Shown in pieces: positions 10,109-21,265 of a DNA stretch of 64,000 bases. The DNA lies in IMG/VR virus record IMGVR_UViG_2558860250_000001, positions 32,001 to 96,000 of that record; one strand, given 5' to 3'. Numbering within the stretch: the first letter of the stretch is position 1; each line of letters opens with the position of its first letter. The position numbers were made by a program, and so were the translations under genes. This DNA is from a virus (Duplodnaviria > Caudoviricetes). Below the pieces are notes generated by a model. The model made no database searches. It was not told the origin of the DNA and saw nothing but the letters and a program-made list of their open reading frames with translations.

Positions 10109-10928
10109 TTATCGCTGCGTCTGTAACTTTTTACTGAGTAACCGGCCAACTGTATAGTATGACTTTGCATTCGCGTACACTCCTTCTTCGATGGACACAA
10201 CATCTTTCAATCCATATTCGCGTAACGCAACTGCTAGTATTTCGGCGGTACCGCCCATCGTGTACACTGGTCCATTGAATCCCCACATGTGTTTCATCAA
10301 ATCGAACGCAATCAATCGCGCTAAATCGTGAAACTCCATTTCCTTATTTAACACTCCGTATGGCAACGTACCCGACCGCAAATCCATCCATTTTCCATTT
10401 TCCCACGTTACATAATTTGTTGTCGCGCCACCCAAGTCGATCCCATGTACTATGCCCGATTTAGACGGAAGTAGATACACACAACTCGCACACTCCGGCA
10501 CCACATCCACTCGTTCAATTGTGATTTGTTTGACACGACCATCAACTTCAATAGCGTGTTGCCCCCAACATCAACCGTTTCATCCGTTCCTTTTCATCCG
10601 GTACATGGTTGGTAATAGGGTGACCGATGACTAAGTGTACCGGTTCCTCATGCGCAGCCAATCGCGATATCGCAACTAATCCCAATATGCGTGTATCGTC
10701 GATAGCCTTCGTCGCCATAAAGTTGCGGCGTCCGTCCCGTGACTCGTTCGCTATGTTTCCGACGTAATACCGTTTGCCGATATGTTCAACCTCCATATCA
10801 TCTGGCGTGCGCTGATATTCTAGTTTGAGTGGGCGATATGTCCCTATGATGGCTGGAAACATCGCACATTTATCGTCGGTGTACGCTTTGACACTGTGAC
10901 GCCCGACATCCAATCCGATTACCTTCAA
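10109..10928 (-). pseudogene. ParM/StbA-family actin-like ATPase split by a +1 frameshift at a G5 run (10562-10566)
   Basis: Phosphate-1 GLDVGR in ORF 10548-10928; VPE, phosphate-2 GIDLGGATTN, MGGTA and YANA in ORF 10109-10510. Deleting one G fuses them (...LMLG-QHAIEVDGRVKQITIERVDVVPE...). Confidence 0.85.
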
Positions 10929-11073
10929 TGCGATTTCCTCCTTCGTGATTACCTAGTTCATACCTATACAGAGGACAAAATCGCAATACATTGTCCTTGT
11001 GTGATGCGCAAAATTATTTTTGCGCGGACATCCAATAAAGGTGCGTACAAGTTTCGCGTCGAAATAAGCCCTT

Positions 11074-11298
11074 ATGGATACGATAACTCCACTTAAACGA
11101 ATGTTAATGGAACGCGGATTGAAGAATAGATGGCTGGCCACGCAGATAGGGATGGATGAATCCAGCTTGAGTCTCATCGTTAATGGCAAACGCAAACCAA
11201 CAATCGATACCGCCATACGCATCGCACGCGCACTCGACACAACGGTCGAAGATTTATGGTATTGGACGATAAGTAACGGCGGAGATACAGATTCGTAA
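11074..11298 (+). CDS. XRE-family HTH transcriptional regulator
   Basis: WLATQIGMDESSLSLIVNGKRKPTIDTAIRIARALDTTVEDLW. Confidence 0.9.
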   Translation: MDTITPLKRMLMERGLKNRWLATQIGMDESSLSLIVNGKRKPTIDTAIRIARALDTTVEDLWYWTISNGGDTDS

Positions 11299-11327
11299 TC
11301 AACCAGTTAACAACGGGGAGAAGGATA

Positions 11328-11402
11328 AACAAAAACCCACCTAGATACGTTGTCCAGGTGGGTGTATACACTATTGCCACATCGCCGGTCGGCACAAGTG
11401 CT
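11328..11402 (-). ncRNA. Candidate ~75-nt small RNA
   Basis: Upstream sigmaE/sigmaK-like AACATT-N14-CATACGCT; internal hairpin; ends in a CCCACCT..AGGTGGG-T5 terminator. Confidence 0.3.
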
Positions 11403-11490
11403 CGACACAGCGTATGCGAGAGGGTGGGTGAATGTTGCATGTACACGATTGTACAGATGAAATTTTATAAGCAAAATGTTTCAAGTATAA

Positions 11491-11949
11491 TCAAATATCC
11501 ATACGCATCGTCCTTCGGTGGTGCTTTTTATGCTTGTTTACCGGTTTAAGCAATTTATCTTCAGGCCACCCTTTGCGAGTTCTATAAAAAAGCACATTAG
11601 TCGGTATCCCAGTAATTTCTGACCATTCCCCTATAGACTTAGTTTCAGAGTTAATGGTCAAATAAATGGTTTTTCTCTTATTCCAATGTTGTTCTTTACG
11701 AGTTATCCATCTACAGTTACTTGGTTCGTAGTTACCGTTCACGTCTATTCTGTCGAGCGTTAAATTATCGGCATACCCATTGTTGAGCGCCCAATCAACG
11801 AACGAATCTATGTTCTCCATCCAATCGTTACATACGCGTATTCCTCTTCCACCATAGTCGGCAAAATCTTTGTCGTTTGGGTTTAAACAACGCCTCTTAG
11901 CCATATACAAAATGTTTACAAGTCGCTCCCTTCTCTTGTCTAAATACAT
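11491..11949 (-). CDS. Free-standing HNH endonuclease with C-terminal DNA-binding domain
   Basis: RC.NP....YGGRGI.VC..W, LTLDRIDVNGNYEPSNCRW motifs. Confidence 0.85.
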   Translation of the reverse strand: MYLDKRRERLVNILYMAKRRCLNPNDKDFADYGGRGIRVCNDWMENIDSFVDWALNNGYADNLTLDRIDVNGNYEPSNCRWITRKEQHWNKRKTIYLTINSETKSIGEWSEITGIPTNVLFYRTRKGWPEDKLLKPVNKHKKHHRRTMRMDI

Positions 11950-11950
11950 A

Positions 11951-12714
11951 TTACATTCCTCCGAAAAAAGCATCTGTCCATGGTTCAACCTCAACCACAC
12001 ATTCACGCAACCGTTCGGCCAGTTCAGTGATTTCGTGTTGTGCACCTCGACCTTTTCGACGTTTGCTATAAAAATCGAGCAAAGCGCGTAGATTAGCAGT
12101 CATCGTCAAGTTTGTTGCGGTTGCGTTGGGCAATATTGCGCGTGCATCTTCTGATGGAATGCCGTAATGCCGTAACATATCGTACACTTGCTGCAACCTT
12201 TTCATTGTTTCAACGAATATGTCGAGAGCCGCAGAATTGTTGATGGTTTCCGGCACAACATAATCGAATCCACCTGACTTATCACCGCTACCCAATTTCA
12301 CGTACCGTTGCGACTGTACACTGAAACTAAATCCGACACGATGACGCGTAAGTTGGGCGAGTAGGGCACGTGATACACCTTCTACGGCAAATGTGAAGGT
12401 AATATGCTCCATGGTGGAAGTGTGTTTAGATGCAACAATTTGACGAAATAGCCGATCTGCATCCGTACCCGTACCACCATCAGTTGCTTGTTTGCCGAAA
12501 TATTTATCACCTTCAACCTCTACAATTTCAGATGGTTTGAGTGGGGAATAGCATGTACGAATAGCTGATAATGCAACCGCCTGTCCATGTGTTGCATCAA
12601 TTGGTGGTGCAACATATGCATCGAATGGTTCGTCACACATAAACAATTTATCCCGCATTTGTTCAGTCAATTGCGTATGTGCTAATAGCGTAACCGACAT
12701 CGTTGTTTCAGCCA

Positions 12715-12715
<1 letters not shown>
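11951..12715 (-). CDS. thyX: FAD-dependent thymidylate synthase
   Basis: H.S.MEH, QLTRHR...FSVQSQRY, EDARAILP, NLRAL, AQHEI. Confidence 0.95.
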
Positions 12716-13254
<539 letters not shown>

Positions 13255-14195
13255 TCATCCTCCTCACGGTAACCCGTATTGCCAGGTGTATTCGGATGAA
13301 CATCCGTCACACCCGTCCACCAATCATCACATGTAACCGTTGGGCCAAACCATCGATCTCCTGGATAAACAGGTGCAGTCGGCGGATACAGTGGTAATGT
13401 AGGTTGCGTCGGCAATGGCTTCCCACAGTGCGGACAGTAATTATACAATTTATATCACCTCACTTATTTGTGTTCCGTCGAATATCCATCAACAAAGTGA
13501 CTATCCAAGCGCACATAATCGCGAATAGCACGTATATAATGTTGTTCGATGAAATCCACATTGCTAATCCCCATGCCGCTGGCAAAATCATATCGGTTAA
13601 CACACTTAACAACTTCATTTACCACATCAACCCCAATCCATATGTCCAAAATTCCACCTTAATCAATCTAAGCCCAAATGTAATCCCGAACGCTATGTAA
13701 ACATCACGGTCAACGAATACGCGCAAACGTCCATATGTACGATTGAACAGTGTGCGATACATATCCTCATTCCTCTCGTTTGCGGAATGGTTCGATGAAT
13801 AGCCAATTGATAAATTTGTACGCACCGATGATTATTACTACAACAGCAACCAACATTATCATCGCTTCAACGGTAATAGATAGCCAGTTATAGTTTGATA
13901 ATAACCATGCAAGTCCGAATATCGCCGTTGTAAATGCCGATGCAATTATGGCTATCACGCACGCGTCCTTTAACCGTTCTAGAAATTCATTCACTCGCAT
14001 CACCAACCAATTCTTCAATCCAATTTATCCATTGGTCATCCTCAACGTGAAATATGTTGTCCCATCGTTCTACGTCAGCTATGTAATATACGAGTTGTCC
14101 AAATTGCAAATCAGGGTGCATATGCCACAAATGGTTTAACGCGTCGGTGATACGATTGATGCGTGATAGGTCAGATTTCATATGTACATCTCCTC

Positions 14196-14441
14196 TCAAC
14201 TAATGCCGATATATCGACGATGTGCTTTGCTCATATAATCCTTACTCATCTCACGTGCCCATTCACGTATATGTGGTGGTACACGTGCATCGATTTCAAT
14301 CAGCGTTCCATATGTACGCTCAAACTCATCTCGTGTGGCTATGCCGTGTACAGTACGAATATGATTTAGTGATATGAAATCGCCAGCATATCCACATGCA
14401 GGACAACGTTGTAGAGTAGGGCGTACGAATTGATTAGTCAT
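14196..14441 (-). CDS. Zn-finger hypothetical protein
   Basis: CPACG...H....H. Confidence 0.5.
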   Translation of the reverse strand: MTNQFVRPTLQRCPACGYAGDFISLNHIRTVHGIATRDEFERTYGTLIEIDARVPPHIREWAREMSKDYMSKAHRRYIGIS

Positions 14442-14793
14442 GCAAGTCACCACCATTCGGTTTATAAATGTCAACTGGTTTGCCGCATTTCCGTGCAATA
14501 TCAATCGTATGTTTAGTTCCCTTGCTTTTACCGTCCCAAAATGCAACAACCTTGTCTGCGTAGTTCACAATATCTACATTTCTTCGATACCCAGCCGATT
14601 TTCCGTATTTATCCCAATCGGCGTGGAATACCTTGACTGTCATCCCGCGTTGACGCGCAAACGTTTCAGCGTATGAATCAACTCCTCGTGCGCCACCTGA
14701 TACAACAACGTCTTCAATGGGGAGTGAATTAATGTACCAAAAAATATCATCTTGGTTAGGATAGTTTCGCGAACCGACAATGGCGATATTCAT
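14434..14793 (-). CDS. SLOG/YspA-like (DUF2493) protein
   Basis: IVGSR, VSGGARGVD, AGYRRN, FWDGKSKGT. Confidence 0.85.
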   Translation of the reverse strand: MNIAIVGSRNYPNQDDIFWYINSLPIEDVVVSGGARGVDSYAETFARQRGMTVKVFHADWDKYGKSAGYRRNVDIVNYADKVVAFWDGKSKGTKHTIDIARKCGKPVDIYKPNGGDLHD

Positions 14794-16270
14794 TCAACCA
14801 CACCATCCCATCGTTCAAATTGTGTGATGCCATCGTTGTGTGCTTGTTGGGAACGTAATTGATTGACCATCATTTGCTCATATCCACGCACTGCTAACTT
14901 TGCAAACTCGACGTATCGACCAGTCCATTCATTGCGCTTATCCCATCCAGTATGCGTCCTATATACCAACTTCCATTTTAGGAATCGAGAATTACGCTTG
15001 ACGTAGACACGTGCGACAAGGTTGTAGAGTCTGGCGGTAACATACTTGTCTTCCAGGTCTACGTAATACTCACCAACAATGGTGGTAACAGGATACTTGG
15101 ATAACTTAACGGGTTCCATTATTATCACCGTCGCTTCCTTGGTTATAATTTGTGCGATTTTCGGATCAATGCGCAATCTATACACACACCGTTATGTACG
15201 ATGGTTTTTTCGCCACATTTGCAACATGCAGTAGTTGATGTCTGTTCGCCACCGTCCACATCACCATCAAGTCTGACCAATTGCAATGCCCATTCGTCGG
15301 CGGAGTAGATGGTGTATTCATAATCATACTCACTCCACAATTTAACTATTTCATCAAATGAATCCCACTCAGATCTAAGCGTGCCATCGCGTAAGAATAA
15401 CAAGCCTTTTGTGCCGCGTTTTGTCGATATGCACATAATTGGCTCGCCAGTAAACCATACAATTACATCACCAGCACGGAGCGTGCGATTCAGCGATTGG
15501 TTAGGTGTGATTAGTTGCATTGATTATTCATCCCCTTTGCGGTATAGGCTTCGGCATATGATAGGAAGATGTCATATGATCCATATATGCGTTCGCCAAT
15601 TACATATACCAGTATGTCGTCGTCGGGAATATTGGCTACGCGGTCAATTATGACTTCGACAACTTCGCCAGAATCAATGGTATAAACTTTGTCACCAATT
15701 TCAAACATTATTCACGGCCTCCATATAATCTATTGAGGTAACATCAATTGATATATGTACCACGTTGGATTGTGCAATTCTTGATAAATATTGATTCCGT
15801 TGATTATCAACACCACAGCGCCAGCAAACGCAAATAACAATAACACGCCATGGTATACTTGGCGACAATCGAATCAATGATGGAGATATTCATGTGATTA
15901 CTCATTAGTCAATTCAGATTCCAGATATGCTATGGTGCTTTCGATATTATCCAAATTATCCATTGCCTGTTTCAAATCGCGACGCAATAGTTCAGCACGT
16001 GTACGATAAATCATTTCAGAGGTCACATAATATTCTCCATCATCAGTAGAAATCCCATATTCGTAATATCTATTGAATTTATCAATCAGATTCTTTACGG
16101 TGACAGTTCCGTACAATTTAATTTCATAGTCGTCGTCCAAACGGAACACAAACCATACTGTTTCGCCTAATTGTGGTTTATACAAGTGGGCACCTCCTAT
16201 GTGATACAATACCATAATTATACTGATAACCATCCGATCACAGTGAACGCAACAGCCACAGCCAACCAAA

Positions 16271-16774
16271 TCAATATGCCGAGGATAGTGGTCCCTCCTT
16301 TAACAACTGTACATAATACCCGTAATCTCCATCATGTGTAGTGGAGTATGTACATGCGTCCAGACGGATATGGTCGGTTGAAACAAACCGCTTGAAATAA
16401 TCCAACTTACGCAGCGACGCATCTGATAACTCGGCATAACACTGCGCAAAGTAATCACGGCAATTGTGTGCGCGTACATATGCGTAAATTTCGCGACCGA
16501 ACCAATGTCGATTAAGCACGTATTCAATCCACACTAGCCCTTGGTACACGGAACGTGGAGTGGATTTGTTTGCGCCGTAATCGTGAACAATACAGTGATA
16601 ACCGAGTGCAAGGGACATGAGGAAATTATAGTCCAGTTCGCGAATAATATAGTCCCATCGATGTTGTTCGCAAGCTGTCGACTGGATACGGATAAACGCA
16701 TAGTCGGAGTTGAGCGATGGGATAGCTTCGATCCCATTGGTGAGATTGATAAAGTGCTTATCCAGTTCAATCAC
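16271..16774 (-). CDS. Phage hypothetical protein
   Basis: 167-aa ORF with RBS and an upstream TGATATAAT promoter. Confidence 0.6.
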   Translation of the reverse strand: MIELDKHFINLTNGIEAIPSLNSDYAFIRIQSTACEQHRWDYIIRELDYNFLMSLALGYHCIVHDYGANKSTPRSVYQGLVWIEYVLNRHWFGREIYAYVRAHNCRDYFAQCYAELSDASLRKLDYFKRFVSTDHIRLDACTYSTTHDGDYGYYVQLLKEGPLSSAY

Positions 16775-16809
16775 CCCCTTTCAACTTTATATCAATTATA
16801 TCATATAAA

Positions 16810-18309
16810 TCACATATACGGTTGAATGTATGTAGTATTTTCATTAGCCAATGATTGATATGTATTAGTCTCTTCAAGCATATGTACCAGTTCTCGTCCA
16901 ATGGCCTCAATCACAGGAACAGTTACCGCATTTCCTGCTAACTTATACAATTGTGTATCGCTAATGCCATCCGACTTCAATTTATAATAGTAGTCATCAG
17001 GGAACCCTTGTAGACGAAAACATTCAAGTGGTGTCAGTTTACGGATGCGATATGTAGGCTTAATAACCAACCATTGTTCAACCGTTTGTGTCGATGTCAA
17101 TGTATTCGCCACCTCATCATCTCTTTCAACCAATTCTTTACCACGACGAGGAGAAAAGTCACGTCCATATTTTTCACGATACTCACGCCGAATTTGTTTT
17201 GCTTCATCGGTACGACGTTCGGTTAATGCGCGCACCTCAATTACTGCGTTCTGCATCTGATTTCGATTCAGACCACGCCAATCCGATGCGTTAAGTGTGT
17301 GTGCCACATCAAGTTCTTTACCGATGCCAGTTTGCCGACTATATTCGACGACCGCTGTTCGTGCGCCATGATTATCGATACCCTTATGATAGTTGGCGTC
17401 AACACATGTCGATAACCCATCCATACGTTCGCGTAATTCACCATGATCTTGAACTACAATCTTCGGCTCCCGATTACCACCGCCCATCGTGGTTAATGTG
17501 AGGGAAATGCCTAGGGATGAATAGACTCGACGCGTACAATCTGCACCTTTGACATCAAGCATACCAACCATTTGCATATCACTTTGTTGATAATATGTAT
17601 CGTTCAACTGCTCTAACAACTTCGCTGCTTTCTCATCGCTTATGTAATATTTCTCGTCAACGTTATCTTCGAGTATATCGAGTAGGCGAGTGGTTACAAT
17701 GTTGTTAGTGGGATATGGGAAGTTGAACGTTCGTAACCCCATATCAGCCAATTTACGTTTAGCCTTAGTTACGACATCATTACCAGGTGGAATATCCCAC
17801 GGCACATGTTCATCAGTTCGTTTGCCAATGATAAAAATACGTTCGCGATTCTGTGGCACACCGAAGTATTTGCTATTCAACACGGCGAAATCCACAGCAT
17901 ACCCGATGTCGTTGAGCACGAACAACATAGTCTCCAACGTTTTACCTTTATCATGTGAGATTAAACCTTTCACATTTTCCATGAACACGAATGACGGTTG
18001 CTTGACTGATGCGATACGCGCTGCTTCGAAAAACAGTGTACCACGTGCATCATCAAATCCAAGACGCTTACCGGCGACGGAGAATGATTGACAGGGAAAA
18101 CCTCCCACAAGTATGTCGTGGTCAGGTACGAGTGATGCATCAATTTGTGTGACATCACCAGCCGTTTCGTGACCATACAACAACTTATACGCACGATTAG
18201 CATACTTGTCGATTTCCGATGCAAGCACACATTCGCCACCGAGACGATTAAGTGCTGTCTCGAAACCGCCGATGCCACTGAACAGTGACACATATTTAAA
18301 CTTGGGCAA
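16810..18309 (-). CDS. DNA (cytosine-5) methyltransferase with long multi-TRD variable region
   Basis: SLFSGIGG, GGFPCQ, ENVKG, PQNRERIF, RKLTPLECFRLQGF, AGNAV. Confidence 0.95.
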   Translation of the reverse strand: MPKFKYVSLFSGIGGFETALNRLGGECVLASEIDKYANRAYKLLYGHETAGDVTQIDASLVPDHDILVGGFPCQSFSVAGKRLGFDDARGTLFFEAARIASVKQPSFVFMENVKGLISHDKGKTLETMLFVLNDIGYAVDFAVLNSKYFGVPQNRERIFIIGKRTDEHVPWDIPPGNDVVTKAKRKLADMGLRTFNFPYPTNNIVTTRLLDILEDNVDEKYYISDEKAAKLLEQLNDTYYQQSDMQMVGMLDVKGADCTRRVYSSLGISLTLTTMGGGNREPKIVVQDHGELRERMDGLSTCVDANYHKGIDNHGARTAVVEYSRQTGIGKELDVAHTLNASDWRGLNRNQMQNAVIEVRALTERRTDEAKQIRREYREKYGRDFSPRRGKELVERDDEVANTLTSTQTVEQWLVIKPTYRIRKLTPLECFRLQGFPDDYYYKLKSDGISDTQLYKLAGNAVTVPVIEAIGRELVHMLEETNTYQSLANENTTYIQPYM

Positions 18310-18600
18310 TACTATAACACCTCCTATGTGTTTATATCAATTGTATGATATAAAGTTGGGTGCGTCAATAGTATAAAGCGAGGTTTCCGAAAAAATATTA
18401 TAATAAAAATTTGGACGGTGAATAATCAACCGAGGTTGGTGATGAGAGGCGCGTATAAGTTTGACGTGCTTTAGTATGCTAAAGCGATGTTTTCCAAAAT
18501 ACATATTATCGAGCTTTTAGGCTTGTCTGCGAAATTTAAACGAAATAACAATTATTACCAGAAGTTTGACCCCCACTACACTAAATGTGAGTAACTATAA

Positions 18601-18614
18601 CGAACGTATGTTCT
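18601..18614. promoter_or_regulatory. Bacillus-type LexA (SOS/Cheo) box
   Basis: CGAACGTATGTTCT (GAAC-N4-GTTC). Confidence 0.6.
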
Positions 18615-19137
18615 GTTGGACACACTTTTTGTCGCACTTATATAGGAAGAAACTCGTCATTTTTCGCATCGAGACCCCTGAATATGTCCACTTTTGTACG
18701 GCTTTTCTACTTCGTTAAAATACGATACAGCGAAGTTGGTGCCATTTCTCACTTTTTACTTGACAAATGTACGCACGTATGCTGCCTTGTATGTGTACGA
18801 TGCCGGTGTGGTTGACTATTACACATTGCTATCCCATTGCGGTGTGGTGCGAGGTTTTGACGAAACGAGGGCTGGCGCGCGCGGGAGCTAGACTTTTTTC
18901 ACCTTTTACACACTCATCATCACACTATGATTTACGCCACATACACTATACACAGGGTGAATGAGGCCATAGAGGGGGATACCTTGACGCCTGGTAAGCG
19001 TGAGGATTCGTGGCGGGGTAGGGGGTGATATACGCAACAAAAAAACCACTGGCTATTGTACCAGCGGTATTGATTAAAAATCAGTCACCCATGTGTATTT
19101 CTTCTTGAGTGAATTTCATCAACAATTCGCCAGCCTG

Positions 19138-19305
19138 TTACTCCAACGCTCTAATCATGCGTATTGCCATTTGTTCGACTGTCAATTTTGTATCGTCACG
19201 GTCGAATAATTCGAGATACTCGATTTTCAGGTTTTCTGCGTTCATCTCGTACGGATACGCCGAATTAAGTTTCAATAGTGCGCGTTCGATTAATTGTTGT
19301 TCCAT
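19138..19305 (-). CDS. 55-aa cassette protein
   Basis: MEQQLIERALLKLNSAYPYEMNAENLKIEYLELF...; own promoter and RBS. Confidence 0.6.
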   Translation of the reverse strand: MEQQLIERALLKLNSAYPYEMNAENLKIEYLELFDRDDTKLTVEQMAIRMIRALE

Positions 19306-19418
19306 CGTTCATCGCCTCCATTTGTTGTTACCATTGTATCAATTATATCAGCATCTGTCAACATTTTATATCATACAAAAGGCCACCAGCCGTAGCCGGT
19401 GACCGTATAGGTATCGTC

Positions 19419-19898
19419 TTATTGTATCTGTGGCAATTTAGCCATGCCACACAGTGTATCCATATCCACTCGTTCCAACGCTGCATCCATCGTCATGTTC
19501 CGTTTAGCCAGCCACTTGTTTAACTCGCCCGTAATATCGTCGTTACTCATATACTCTACCTGCATCGCCTCTAGTTGTTCCCATACTTTACTGTACCGTG
19601 TGATATCACCAGCTGCATAATATACGCCATTTCCTACACTTTCGCCTTCCCATACGATATCGCCAGGTAGTGGACGTTGCGCACATACAACTGTATAGGC
19701 GTCTTTTGCCACACCTTCGGGACGGCTGCTCTCGTGTGCTCGAACTGTCTCCATCGATGTTACTTGTTCGATTACATCTTCTTCAAACGGTACGATCATA
19801 TCGTGGAAATCGAAGTCAACCATGTCGCAGTATGCCATTGCCTCTTCGTATGTCTCGAATGCTCGGTTGCCAACTGTGTATTTCATCATGTTTATCAT
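19419..19898 (-). CDS. Acidic cassette protein
   Basis: Own promoter, GGAGG RBS and terminator. Confidence 0.7.
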   Translation of the reverse strand: MINMMKYTVGNRAFETYEEAMAYCDMVDFDFHDMIVPFEEDVIEQVTSMETVRAHESSRPEGVAKDAYTVVCAQRPLPGDIVWEGESVGNGVYYAAGDITRYSKVWEQLEAMQVEYMSNDDITGELNKWLAKRNMTMDAALERVDMDTLCGMAKLPQIQ

Positions 19899-20037
19899 CC
19901 TCCGTGTCTGTTGCTCTTTCTGTGTTCATTATATCAATTCAACTATACAGTATCAATGGTTTATACAATATAAAACACGGCAAATAGGCCATCGATTTTA
20001 CCCGATGACCGTTGTATCATCATATACGCGTTGTACA

Positions 20038-20400
20038 TTACATCACAGCCACAATTGTCTTAAATCCGCGTTCGATAGCAGCCACAACAGCCTCATCACG
20101 TGTATCGCGTACCGTATCAGCATATGCGCCGTTGCTATCAAAGAAGGATACCTGCCATACACCAATTGTTTTACTGCAACGGTGTACGATAGCCATACGT
20201 CCTTTTGCATCAACTAATTGAAGCGACTCAGCATCGGAAGGTAACGCGGCCACGAACAACTTAATTGCGTCTGTCTCGTACATAAATTTTTTCCCATCCG
20301 AGGTGTACATTTCACTTTCGTCGAGTAGAAACATGAAGCAGTCGCCATATTCGGCGATCATTTGTTGTTCATGTGTTAACTCTTCGAGTGTCATATACAT
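20038..20400 (-). CDS. Acidic cassette protein
   Basis: Own promoter, GGAGG RBS and terminator. Confidence 0.7.
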   Translation of the reverse strand: MYMTLEELTHEQQMIAEYGDCFMFLLDESEMYTSDGKKFMYETDAIKLFVAALPSDAESLQLVDAKGRMAIVHRCSKTIGVWQVSFFDSNGAYADTVRDTRDEAVVAAIERGFKTIVAVM

Positions 20401-20531
20401 TCGCGTCGCCTCCGTGTTTTGCTTTCTGATAATACTATATCACATATACAATCACATACGCAACAACAAATGTATATAAATGATATACACAACAAAACCA
20501 CCTACCGAAGCAGGTGGCTGTTATATCGTTT

Positions 20532-20741
20532 TTATCGTTCTAGCGTCAAACCATTATATGTGATTTCTATGAACAATGTTTTTACATATTCTTTAGCCAT
20601 TTGGCCGATTGTCATAGCGTCCAACATCGGGAATTTTTCAGCCATAAGCGGTGCGATTTTGTTTGTCATATCTTGAGCTAATTCGGTGATGTTACCACCT
20701 GCTTGAATGTACTGTGCTAACGTTTCCTTGTTGATCTTCAT
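20532..20741 (-). CDS. Small cassette protein
   Basis: Own promoter, GGAGG RBS and terminator. Confidence 0.7.
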   Translation of the reverse strand: MKINKETLAQYIQAGGNITELAQDMTNKIAPLMAEKFPMLDAMTIGQMAKEYVKTLFIEITYNGLTLER

Positions 20742-20895
20742 CTTCCATCAACCTCCGCTTGTGTTGTTCTTCATGTATTTATTATATCATCTATATCATC
20801 GAGTATGCAATATCGAATTTAAATAAATGATATACACAACAAAAACCACCTATCACTATGATAGGTGGCGGATTACCGTGTATTATCGATGCGGA

Positions 20896-21171
20896 TCAGA
20901 ATGTGTACACCAATTCGCCTTGTATTTGCTGTAAAACCGGCTGATACGATTCATACATCAATTGCTCATTAACACCTGTGTCTACCCAACCTTTGTAAAT
21001 TTTCAACTCGCTATCCTTGTCATATGTGTGCTTAAATCCACTGCGTTTTCCTTTCGGTTTGTGGATGACAATAACACGATCATGTTCCTCTGTAACGCTA
21101 ATAATATTCGTTTTCATTTCGTACATAATACCCACCGAGTTGAACGCTACAATTGTGTATTTACCTGTCAT
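20896..21171 (-). CDS. Small cassette protein
   Basis: Own promoter, RBS and terminator. Confidence 0.7.
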   Translation of the reverse strand: MTGKYTIVAFNSVGIMYEMKTNIISVTEEHDRVIVIHKPKGKRSGFKHTYDKDSELKIYKGWVDTGVNEQLMYESYQPVLQQIQGELVYTF

Positions 21172-21265
21172 CCCTCATCGCTCCTCGTTCCTTTTGATAC
21201 GATTATATCATCTATACCATGTACGTCAAGCGGTTTACATGATATAATTTAATCAAAGAGGAGGT

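Larger units (their letters stand above)
19026..21250 (-). repeat. Array of five single-gene cassettes, each with its own sigmaA promoter and terminator; shared junction motif TGATATACRCAACAAAA(A)CCAC
   Basis: Motif at ~19026, 20481 and 20829; related hairpins at ~19381 and ~19987. Promoters TTGACA/TTGATA/TTGCGT/TTGCAT/TTGACG ... TG-n-TA(T/C)A(A/G)T. Confidence 0.75.
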
